A stretch of 64,000 nt of DNA from Spirochaetia bacterium (lineage in GTDB: Bacteria > Spirochaetota > Spirochaetia > CADAEX01), in NCBI GenBank assembly GCA_963662265.2, contig CAXXHA010000001.1:1-64000 (forward strand), written 5' to 3'. This document shows positions 9,803 through 18,493 of this stretch, piece after piece. The notes beneath the pieces were generated by a model. The model searched no databases and was not told the origin of the DNA. It saw only the letters and a list, made by a program, of their open reading frames with translations. How positions within the stretch are numbered: the first letter of the stretch is position 1; each line of letters begins with the position of its first letter. Position numbers and translations under genes: made by a program.

Positions 9803-11101
9803 ATGAATAACAGAAACAAAACTGCAAAAGGGCTGACATTTTATCAGCTTTCATTTCTTTTCAGTCTGGCCTTCAAAAACCTTGCAAGGTATAAGAAAAG
9901 AACAGCAATCACCTCATTATCTATAGCGGTTGGTCTTGCGTTCTACATCTTCATGGATTCAATGATTATCGGGGCAATATTTGATTCTGAAAAAAACCTC
10001 TTCATGTATGAGACAGGAAGCGGTGTTATTCAAACCGATTCCTACTGGGACGACAAAGACCTTCTCCCGCTTGAGTACAGCATTGAAAATACGGAAAAAA
10101 TCACAGGCATACTAGGCAGCCTTGATATACCATACGCTGAAAGGACATATTTTTCCGCAGACCTTCTGGTTTACCAGGATCCCTACCCTGAAGACGGAAA
10201 TATTCCTGTGCGGGTAACAGCAATTGACTACAGAAATGACAGCAATGTATTTGACATAATCAATACACTCGAAAAAGGAAGATTCCCTGAAGAAGATGAA
10301 GAGGGAATAGTAATAGGCTCATGGCTGGCAGAGGATATAAATGCTGATATCGGCTATCCTGTGACACTTGTAACCAGAACAAAATCCGGCTACTTCCAGG
10401 TAATGGATCTTGAAGTAACAGGAATAATCAACTGTACAAATCCGGTTGTCAACAGGGAATCTCTTTATATCAGCAGGGAACTTGCAGAACTGTATCTTGA
10501 AATGGAAGGAAGTGTTACTGACATACACATCAACCTGACAGGCAAAAACAGCAGTCAGACAAACAGGCTGGTATCAGAACTTGAAAATCAGCTGGCAGGA
10601 ACAGGATGCAGTTTCCATACATGGCAGGAGATGGTCCCTGACTTTGTGGCAGCATCTGACGGAGATAAGAATGGAAGTGCAGTAATGATTGTGATTTTGT
10701 TTATCATAGTAGCAGTCGGAATATCAAACACAATGCTGATGGCAATATTTGAAAGAATCAGGGAAATCGGGATGATGAGAGCTCTTGGAATGAAAGACAG
10801 CGCCGTAAAATGGCTCTTCAGGATTGAATCTGCAGGCATAGGACTGATCGGATCTGTATCAGGTCTTATTTTAGGAGCAATCGCAAACATACCGCTTGTA
10901 ATATATGGAATTGATTATACAAAACTTATGAGAGAGGGGAATTACGGATACAGGATAATCGGTATAATGAGGGGAATCTGGCATACAGAAGCATTTGTTG
11001 CGGCATTTATAATAGGAATTATATTTTCCTTTCTCATATCATTCATTCCAACCAGAAAAGCTGTGAAAAAAGATATCCCCACCTGCATTCATAACCTGTA
11101 A
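9803..11101 (+). CDS. FtsX/LolE-like ABC permease
   Basis: TM-periplasmic domain-3TM layout; NTMLMAIFERIREIGMMRALGM. Confidence 0.9.
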   Translation: MNNRNKTAKGLTFYQLSFLFSLAFKNLARYKKRTAITSLSIAVGLAFYIFMDSMIIGAIFDSEKNLFMYETGSGVIQTDSYWDDKDLLPLEYSIENTEKITGILGSLDIPYAERTYFSADLLVYQDPYPEDGNIPVRVTAIDYRNDSNVFDIINTLEKGRFPEEDEEGIVIGSWLAEDINADIGYPVTLVTRTKSGYFQVMDLEVTGIINCTNPVVNRESLYISRELAELYLEMEGSVTDIHINLTGKNSSQTNRLVSELENQLAGTGCSFHTWQEMVPDFVAASDGDKNGSAVMIVILFIIVAVGISNTMLMAIFERIREIGMMRALGMKDSAVKWLFRIESAGIGLIGSVSGLILGAIANIPLVIYGIDYTKLMREGNYGYRIIGIMRGIWHTEAFVAAFIIGIIFSFLISFIPTRKAVKKDIPTCIHNL

Positions 11102-11199
11102 ACGGGGACGGAGGTTTGTAAATTGAAGTTTTATAAATTGGTGGTTTTACAATTTATGATTTTGCAGTTGAGGATCACATATAACATGGAGGATCTAAT

Positions 11200-12435
11200 A
11201 TGAAACTTTCAGCAATAGCTTTCAGAAATATTCTCAGAAACAAGAGGCGTAGCATACTTTCAGGCAGCGCAGTTGCAGTTGCAGCAGCATCAATAATTTT
11301 CCTTTTTGCGCTTCTTGAGGGAATGAAGATAGATCTTGCGGATAATATACAGACTTTTTACACTGGTACTGTAAGAATCATGAATATTGATTATGAGAAG
11401 AACAAGAAGCTTAATCCCATACATCTTACAGTTGAAAATCCTGACCTTATTAAAGAAGCAGTTTCATCGATGGGTAAGAATACTGAGATTTCAGAGAGAA
11501 TAACATTTCCCTCAAGAATCTATATAGGAAATGATTATTACAATGCGATGGGAATGGCAGTAAAATTTCCCGATGAAATAAATTTTCAGAAAATTGAAGA
11601 TGCAGTTACTGAAGGACGGTTTCCTTTAAAAGGAAGGGAAGCTGTTCTGGGGGCGAAACTTGCATCAAAGATGGGAGTCGGGGTCGGGGATAAGATTACA
11701 GCCCTCTCATCAACTGCGGGACGAGGTTCAAACGCGATGACTTTTACTGTCACAGGTCTTGCAGTTTTCCCCCTCCTGGAACTCACAAACTCGTTTTTCA
11801 TGATACCTCTTGAAACAGGTCAGAGGTTTCTTAAAATGAAGAATGAGGTCAAGGAGATACTGATTAAATTTGATGCTGAATCAGATGAGGAAGGTAAAAA
11901 TTTCGCTGATGCTATAATTTCAAAAACAGAAGAAAAAGGAATTACAAGTATTGAGGCAGCTTACTGGAAAGACAGGAATGAGACTTATGCAATGGTTGAA
12001 ATGGCTGACAGGATATATATGATATTCGCGTTTTTCTTTCTTCTTCTCGGATGTTCGGTAGTAATCAACACAACAATGATGGTTGTGTATGAAAGAACAA
12101 GGGAGATCGGGATGATGAAGGCTCTCGGGATGAAGGACCGCAATATAGTAAGGCTTTTTTTCCTTGAGTCATTCTTCATAGGAATAATATCATCTGTTGC
12201 GGGAGTTCTGCTGGGAGTTGGAATAAGCCTTATCCTGAACCATACAGGTATGAATTTCCAGAATACGATGGAAGATATAGATATTGAAATATCAACTATT
12301 CTATACCCTGTTCCGACTTTAAAATACGGTATTATAATATTTCTGTATTCATCTGTTATTGCTTCAGTCTCAACATTTATACCAACTTTAAGAGCTAACA
12401 GGATTAAAACAGTCGATGCGCTGAAACATGATTAA
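11200..12435 (+). CDS. FtsX/LolE-like ABC permease (second subunit)
   Basis: AFRNILRNKRRS; NTTMMVVYERTREIGMMKALGM. Confidence 0.9.
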   Translation: MKLSAIAFRNILRNKRRSILSGSAVAVAAASIIFLFALLEGMKIDLADNIQTFYTGTVRIMNIDYEKNKKLNPIHLTVENPDLIKEAVSSMGKNTEISERITFPSRIYIGNDYYNAMGMAVKFPDEINFQKIEDAVTEGRFPLKGREAVLGAKLASKMGVGVGDKITALSSTAGRGSNAMTFTVTGLAVFPLLELTNSFFMIPLETGQRFLKMKNEVKEILIKFDAESDEEGKNFADAIISKTEEKGITSIEAAYWKDRNETYAMVEMADRIYMIFAFFFLLLGCSVVINTTMMVVYERTREIGMMKALGMKDRNIVRLFFLESFFIGIISSVAGVLLGVGISLILNHTGMNFQNTMEDIDIEISTILYPVPTLKYGIIIFLYSSVIASVSTFIPTLRANRIKTVDALKHD

Positions 12436-12450
12436 TCAGGAGGAAAATCA

Positions 12451-13191
12451 ATGAAAAAATTAAAAGCATTAATAATAATGATACTGCTCACCGCATCTGC
12501 AGCAACTCTTTCTGCAGAGACAGCTGACGATATAATAGAAAAAATGGATGATCTCCAGACATTCAGGACAATGGAGTCGAGAGGAAGAATTATCAGCAAT
12601 GACAGGTTCGGGAAAAAAGTAAGTGAATTTGTAAATATTGCAAGGGGAAAGAGGGAGTTTCTGGTTGAATTTACAAGCCTTGAAGAAAGGGGGCAGAAGA
12701 TACTAAGGACTCCTGATGAGCTCTACCTGTTCTATCCCGATGCTGAGGAAATAATCAGGCTTCAGGGAGCTGCCCTGAGGCAGTCAATGCTCGGTTCAGA
12801 TATTTCATATGAGGATATTACAGAGGGGACTGATACACTTTCAAAGTATAATGTAATACTCACAGGTGAAGAAGATGTTGAAGGAATTACCTGCCATGTA
12901 ATCAAGATGGATGCAAAGAAAAAAAACATAGCATATCCGAGGCAGATAGTATGGGTTGATACGGAACTCTATGTACCGAGAAAAACTGAATATTATTCAA
13001 AGTCGGGACGGCTTCTGAAAACCATGGATCTCGTCAGCTTTGACCAGGTCAAGGATAAAATAATAATCACATCAATGATTATCAAGGATAAGCTGAAAAG
13101 GACTTCAAGCACTGAACTTATAATAGACAGCTACCGGATAAATCCCCCGGTCCATCCCGCTACTTTCACACTGGAGGAACTCACATGGTAA
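12451..13191 (+). CDS. LolA-like outer-membrane lipoprotein-sorting family protein
   Basis: Signal peptide; QSMLGSDISYED and EYYSKSGRLLKT motifs. Confidence 0.87.
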   Translation: MKKLKALIIMILLTASAATLSAETADDIIEKMDDLQTFRTMESRGRIISNDRFGKKVSEFVNIARGKREFLVEFTSLEERGQKILRTPDELYLFYPDAEEIIRLQGAALRQSMLGSDISYEDITEGTDTLSKYNVILTGEEDVEGITCHVIKMDAKKKNIAYPRQIVWVDTELYVPRKTEYYSKSGRLLKTMDLVSFDQVKDKIIITSMIIKDKLKRTSSTELIIDSYRINPPVHPATFTLEELTW

Positions 13192-14465
13192 GATACCGGG
13201 ATAATGACTTAAAACCTGGAATTATTTCGACACCTTCAAAAACAGCAGAATTTTCAACCATCGGAAAATCTTCAAAAGATATTATCAATAGATTCAGGAT
13301 TATCTTCATGATATTTTTTCTTGCTGTATCAGCACTTTTTGTATCTGCTGAATCAAAATCGGAATTTGATCTTGAACTCTACAATACAATCTACAGGATG
13401 GATGATAATATTTATATGGCAGGTCACGGTAATGCAGGACTCACATTCAAATCGCAGAAGAACAGGAATGTGAAAGGATTCATAGAAATTGATTTTGATC
13501 CGGATACTGCTTCAGGAGATAAAAGCTACACAAAACCTCTGCTGGAGCTCAGGAAAGCATATATAAAAGCAAGAATGCTGGACCACAGAATAACAGTCGG
13601 AAAAACAAGAACAACATGGGGAGAGGGAATTGTCTTTAATTCAGGGGATGTTCTTTTCGGAAGCCTGAACCCTTATGTTGACCTCACTGAAGAGGAGAAA
13701 AGATCAGAAACAGCATGGATGACATTAACAAATACACCTTTCGGTTCATTTTCATTTGTTGAACTGATTTACATGCCTCCGCAGACAGAAATCAATGATG
13801 AGGATATAAAAACATCCTATCCCGGGGGTAGAATTGAAAAAAGCTCGATAGGTGGTAGAGTATATACAAGAATAGGCGGTACTAAATTAGAAGCAGGATA
13901 TCTTTACAAGGGGCAGAAAAGAACAGAGACAGATCCCTCAATAAAGACACACAGGCCCTACATAAGCCTGCAGGGTAACATAGGGCCTGACTGGAGCATG
14001 TCAGCCTCAGCAGCTATACCTGCTGAAATGAATCCTGACACAGATATTATAAAGAGAAGCTTTTCATGCAGTTTCAGCCTTTTTCAGATAATAAACCTGG
14101 ACCACGATTCATCTCTGAACCTGAGACTTGAAACACTCATCCTCCCCTGGCACAACTGGGAGCAGCAGACAGATCTTTTCGATAATGCTGAAGACACTGA
14201 CCTGCTCAAGGCATACGGGATATTTATATATCCGCAGATAGTCTATAATATAAGCCCTGGATTCAATATTTCCCTTCAGTCGGTAGTTTCGCCAATCGAT
14301 CTTTCCGCCATGACAACATTCGGATCTTTCTGGAACATATACCAGGATTTTGAAATAATAAACTACCTGACATTCAATACAGGAGAGAAAAGCGATATCT
14401 TTGCATGGGGAAGCGGAAGAATGCAGGATATTGCGCTGACAACGGGATTCAGATACAGATTTTAA
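13185..14465 (+). CDS. Putative outer-membrane beta-barrel protein (true start may be downstream)
   Basis: LRKAY..., TVGKTRTTWGEG, C-terminal GFRYRF; last gene of the operon. Confidence 0.7.
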   Translation: MVRYRDNDLKPGIISTPSKTAEFSTIGKSSKDIINRFRIIFMIFFLAVSALFVSAESKSEFDLELYNTIYRMDDNIYMAGHGNAGLTFKSQKNRNVKGFIEIDFDPDTASGDKSYTKPLLELRKAYIKARMLDHRITVGKTRTTWGEGIVFNSGDVLFGSLNPYVDLTEEEKRSETAWMTLTNTPFGSFSFVELIYMPPQTEINDEDIKTSYPGGRIEKSSIGGRVYTRIGGTKLEAGYLYKGQKRTETDPSIKTHRPYISLQGNIGPDWSMSASAAIPAEMNPDTDIIKRSFSCSFSLFQIINLDHDSSLNLRLETLILPWHNWEQQTDLFDNAEDTDLLKAYGIFIYPQIVYNISPGFNISLQSVVSPIDLSAMTTFGSFWNIYQDFEIINYLTFNTGEKSDIFAWGSGRMQDIALTTGFRYRF

Positions 14466-14487
14466 TTTCTCAGATATTTCAATTATT

Positions 14488-14523
14488 AAAATCCCCTGAT
14501 CATTTATATTCAGGGGATTTTTT
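14488..14523 (+). terminator. Intrinsic terminator (possibly bidirectional)
   Basis: AAAATCCCCTGA...TCAGGGGATTTT followed by a T run. Confidence 0.8.
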
Positions 14524-14614
14524 ACTTTTATTTGTTTAAATATATCTGTATATTTCAGGCAGATAAATTCTTTTTATAGTTATTTTTCACTACCTTGTTC
14601 ACCTTAGACTGTCA

Positions 14615-14896
14615 CTACTCCTGTTCAGAATCTGCCTTCAATTTTGAATCAAACCCTTCTGATTCAACTTTTAATTTTGATTTTGATTCTTTCAACTCAG
14701 GCTCAGGATCCATATTGTCATCAGTTTCTCTATCATTTTCCCTCTTCATCACCGAGTAGAGATGATATGCACAGTCAGGTCCGATCAGCCGCCTTGTTGA
14801 TGTCTTCTCTCTGACACGGACCTGTCCCTTTACAATCAGGCTCCTGTAGAGGTATTTTTTTCTGATTTCATCGGGACTATTTTTATCTTCTCCCAT
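14615..14896 (-). CDS. Hypothetical 93-aa protein with acidic low-complexity tail
   Basis: ORF with a G-rich RBS-like stretch upstream; no recognisable motif. Confidence 0.45.
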   Translation of the reverse strand: MGEDKNSPDEIRKKYLYRSLIVKGQVRVREKTSTRRLIGPDCAYHLYSVMKRENDRETDDNMDPEPELKESKSKLKVESEGFDSKLKADSEQE

Positions 14897-15000
14897 AATT
14901 AAGGCAACATCCCCCTGAATATTTCATTCATTTCAACACACACAATAAGCAGAATAACTGCATGAAACATCAGTTCACCTGGAAAATAATAAATCTGAAA

Positions 15001-15330
15001 TTCTGATTCAAAGCATGGCTGCAACGCTGCTAAAGTGTATAAAACAGGATACAAGGCACATCATGTTAAACATTACACCTTAAACTCTGAATCCAGCATG
15101 GCTGCAGCGCTAGCAAAGTGTATAACACTGGAATACAAGGCACATCCTGTTAAACATTACACCTGAATCTCTGAATCCAGCATGGCTGCAGCGCTGGCAA
15201 AATATATAACACTGGAATACAAGGCACATCCAGTTAAACATTACACCTGAATCTCTGAATCCAGCATGGCTGCAGCGCTGGCAAAGTATATAACACTGGA
15301 ATACAAGGCATATCCTGCTGAACATTATAT
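15001..15330. repeat. Tandem array of about 4 x 84-bp units
   Basis: CTCTGAATCCAGCATGGCTGCAGCGC... recurs at 15085, 15169 and 15253 (period 84), with a degenerate copy from about 15001. Confidence 0.95.
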
Positions 15331-15346
15331 ATCAGTAGCTGTAATA

Positions 15347-16843
15347 TCAGAAAAACTTGAAACCGAGTCCGGCAGTCATGCTGAAATATTTAGGGATAAG
15401 CTCTTCGTTAGGAGCTGTCGACCAGTCATCCTCAGCCTTTGTATACCTGAAATCAATCATCAGAAAACTCCTGTTCAGAGGTATTTCAAAAAGAGCGCCA
15501 AGTATCAGGGCCTTGCCGTCAGATTTAACAATATTATCATTAGCTTCTGTCACCGTAGTCTTGTCACCTGTTGCAACATCCTCAATCTCAACTTCCGCGT
15601 TTCCAAGCTTCTTCATGAAAGAGACTCCGCCATAGGCACTCATAACCTTATTGGGCATTCGAAGGAGAAGTATCAGAGGTATCTCCTGAATTTCAACTGT
15701 TGTTGTATCTACTGTTGCACTCCTGTCAATCTTTGCCCTGAACTCCGTGTAATTGTATTCAGCCTGAAGTGCCAGATACTTTAAAATGTTTACAGAAACA
15801 GATCCGCCGTATTTCTGTCCAATCTCATATTTCTGTTCCGAAAGGGGATCATCAGATGTGAAATCGGGAAAAGACATATTCATCCCGTAAAAACCGGCAA
15901 TACCGAGCCTCTTGTCAAGAATGGAAAGTCCCTTCTGTATTCCCCATTTCTGTTTCTGTACCTGCCATTCTTTTTTTTTATCCAGAACAGCATTTTTCTT
16001 TTCAAGCGAGGAAATGCTGTAATCTGTCACAGAAAAAAGCTCTTCAAGTTTTTCAAAATTACGGTCTATTTTCTTGCTGGAATATTTCTTTTCCCAGTTT
16101 TTATCAATATAGTTTTCAAGCGATGATATTTTCAGAAGCTCTTCATCGGTAAATCCCGGTACAGAAAAATCAATAACTTTTGCCTCATGCTCATTAAGGA
16201 AAAAGCCTTCCTCTTTTACAATATAGGGGCCAAGCATCCTGTTCTGTTCTATCCTTAAAACCCGGTCCCCGTTCAGTACTTTCGGAAGCTCTTCAATATT
16301 TTCCCCTATAAGTACATTATCGATATAAACACTGTATCTGCCCTCTTCGCCGCTGTTTGCAAATGCAATGCTTCCGAAACCAATATGTTCCATCCCGCTG
16401 AATGCTTCAATCATGGAAATCAGCAGCCGGTCTGAGGCATCGAAAATATCAAATACTGTCTCTGCTGTTTCATCTTCAGTCATTGTAACCCGGCTTTCCC
16501 CCCTGCTGAAAACAGACATTTCCAGAAATACAGACCCGTCTTCCCTCATATCGGCCCGGCCGAATATTATGCTGTCGAGACTGTTTTCAACAGTATAATT
16601 TCCCAGCCAGTCATTGCTGTTTTCATATTCAACTGCATCTATCTCAACAATTTCATACCGGTCCAGCATCCTGAGAGTCAGCTCCGCGGTTTTCTTCACA
16701 TTTTCAGAAATTATACCGACCTGATTATCATTATTTGGATTCAGGAGAGGAAATACTGCAATTCTGGGTTTTAAACCTTCCTGTGCATAACCTGCTGTAA
16801 CAGCAGCAAAGAAAACTATAATAAAAAATAAACCTTTTCTCAT
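15347..16843 (-). CDS. Exported protein with N-terminal TolB/CsgG-like domain and C-terminal outer-membrane beta-barrel-like domain
   Basis: Signal peptide, RIAVFPL start, C-terminal aromatic beta-strands ending GLGFKFF. Confidence 0.65.
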   Translation of the reverse strand: MRKGLFFIIVFFAAVTAGYAQEGLKPRIAVFPLLNPNNDNQVGIISENVKKTAELTLRMLDRYEIVEIDAVEYENSNDWLGNYTVENSLDSIIFGRADMREDGSVFLEMSVFSRGESRVTMTEDETAETVFDIFDASDRLLISMIEAFSGMEHIGFGSIAFANSGEEGRYSVYIDNVLIGENIEELPKVLNGDRVLRIEQNRMLGPYIVKEEGFFLNEHEAKVIDFSVPGFTDEELLKISSLENYIDKNWEKKYSSKKIDRNFEKLEELFSVTDYSISSLEKKNAVLDKKKEWQVQKQKWGIQKGLSILDKRLGIAGFYGMNMSFPDFTSDDPLSEQKYEIGQKYGGSVSVNILKYLALQAEYNYTEFRAKIDRSATVDTTTVEIQEIPLILLLRMPNKVMSAYGGVSFMKKLGNAEVEIEDVATGDKTTVTEANDNIVKSDGKALILGALFEIPLNRSFLMIDFRYTKAEDDWSTAPNEELIPKYFSMTAGLGFKFF

Positions 16844-17115
16844 TGGACAATTCCTTAAGCTAATCTGAAATAATCAAGTTTAAGTATATTACATAAAACC
16901 ATAAATATAAAAATAATTAATCATAAACAGCGACCTCCCATCAATTACATGATTTTAATTATTTTCAAAAAAGTCTTAAACAGCTTTTTTTTGTACCGAT
17001 AAATATAGAGAGGCATATAAATAATCTATGTTTCATTTTGATTCAGTCGGGATTTTATGACAGGAAGATTTCCGGATGACTGAGTTTTCAGAAATCAATA
17101 ATAGGAGATTTTAAA

Positions 17116-17244
17116 ATGGAAAGAGATGTTACTGAACTTTTCCAGAAAGGAATGGAAATGATGCAGCTGGGAGAATACCAGATGGCAGAACAGTTGTTTA
17201 AAAAAGCCCGAGATATTACTGTGAGTGTAGCGGGTAAAATCTAG
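17116..17244 (+). CDS. 42-aa single TPR-like protein (not in ORF track)
   Basis: AGGAG RBS; MERDVTELFQKGMEMMQLGEYQMAEQLFKKARDITVSVAGKI fits a TPR pattern; terminator follows. Confidence 0.75.
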   Translation: MERDVTELFQKGMEMMQLGEYQMAEQLFKKARDITVSVAGKI

Positions 17245-17259
17245 CAATCTTATAAAGTT

Positions 17260-17288
17260 AAGAGCATCCGGTGAGGATGCTTTTTTTT
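17260..17288 (+). terminator. Intrinsic terminator
   Basis: AGCATCC-GGTGA-GGATGCT followed by a T run. Confidence 0.85.
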
Positions 17289-17333
17289 CGGCATTTTTAA
17301 ATCATTTTACCAGATATATTCCTGCAATATAAA

Positions 17334-18368
17334 CTAAATATTTATTATGGCTTTTTCAGCTATTTCATCAAGAAGCCATGTATCAAGTTTCATGTTTTTA
17401 ATATAGGCGCAGTGCCCTCCATGCTTTTCCATATTCAGTTCAATAAATCTGTTGCCAGCCTCTGCCACTTCCCTGAAGTCAGCAGGATCTATTATCGGGT
17501 CATCTTCAGCTGTTATTATGAAAACCGGAATTCTGATTTTACTGAAAAAATCTTTTTTAAGTGTATACCGGCTGAAATAATCCTCAAGACCTTTATATTC
17601 GGAATATCTCTCAAGAAGTATTTCTGTAAGCCGCATACAGCCTCCGGAAACAGGTAATTTGGAAAAGCTGTAAAGGCTGGGAAATATTTTTTCTTTTTTC
17701 AGCAGACTCCTCTGCCACTTCCTGAGAAAATATTTTCTGATGATGAAATATTTATCAATGTTTGCTGTTGCGGTCCATGGGTTGAGAGGGGGATTTACAG
17801 CAATAACCCGTTTCAGAGAAACGGATAAATCATTATCCATTCCTGCAAGACCCGCGATCCTAAGAGCAAAATTCCCTCCCATTGAAAACCCTGCAATATA
17901 AATATCCTTCTCTTTCCCGAATCTCTCAGCAATATTTTTAACAGCTGCAAAAGCTTCATCTATCAGGGTTCCGTAAAAAAGTCCTTCATTAAGATGATGT
18001 GAATTACCATGGTCTCTCATATTCAGCCTGAAAATGCTGAATCCTTTTCTGTAGAAAAACCTACCTGTCTTTACCATGTACGAGGATTTTTCACTCCCCT
18101 CCCAGCCATGGAGAAGAATCAGCAGTTTTCCCCTCTTCTCTCCGGTTTGTTCTTTATTATCATACCCGGAATAATATCCGGAAAGCCGTATATTTTCCCC
18201 TGCCGGTATAATTATTTCTTCAGAAATATTATCAAAAACTTCAGTCTTCTTGTTATTGATTTTAAGACTGGAAAGTATTGTCTGCAGTACAGGATTTTTC
18301 AGATAAAAAGGGGGATTAAAATTTTTATTATTCACTGTCCGGGGAGCAGCTGCTTCATTTCCTTTCAT
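17334..18368 (-). CDS. YheT-family alpha/beta hydrolase
   Basis: LHGWEGS, RLNMRDHG, GFSMGGN nucleophile, EDDPII, HGGHC. Confidence 0.9.
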   Translation of the reverse strand: MKGNEAAAPRTVNNKNFNPPFYLKNPVLQTILSSLKINNKKTEVFDNISEEIIIPAGENIRLSGYYSGYDNKEQTGEKRGKLLILLHGWEGSEKSSYMVKTGRFFYRKGFSIFRLNMRDHGNSHHLNEGLFYGTLIDEAFAAVKNIAERFGKEKDIYIAGFSMGGNFALRIAGLAGMDNDLSVSLKRVIAVNPPLNPWTATANIDKYFIIRKYFLRKWQRSLLKKEKIFPSLYSFSKLPVSGGCMRLTEILLERYSEYKGLEDYFSRYTLKKDFFSKIRIPVFIITAEDDPIIDPADFREVAEAGNRFIELNMEKHGGHCAYIKNMKLDTWLLDEIAEKAIINI

Positions 18369-18493
18369 TCAAAATACTCCATGCTGATACATCTTATTTC
18401 AAAAAATAAACCATATTCCTTGATTCATAATTATTTTATCCTATAATTAATTTATCCCAAAGTAAATTTCAAAAATAGTATCGGAGGTAATAA

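Noticed and set aside
15110-15325. Radical SAM enzyme suggested by the CX3CX2C pattern (CYILCQRC)
   Set aside because: Only 71 aa, repeat-derived, and no TIM-barrel domain
15001-15330. CRISPR array
   Set aside because: Units are nearly identical over their full length with no unique spacers, and no cas genes are present
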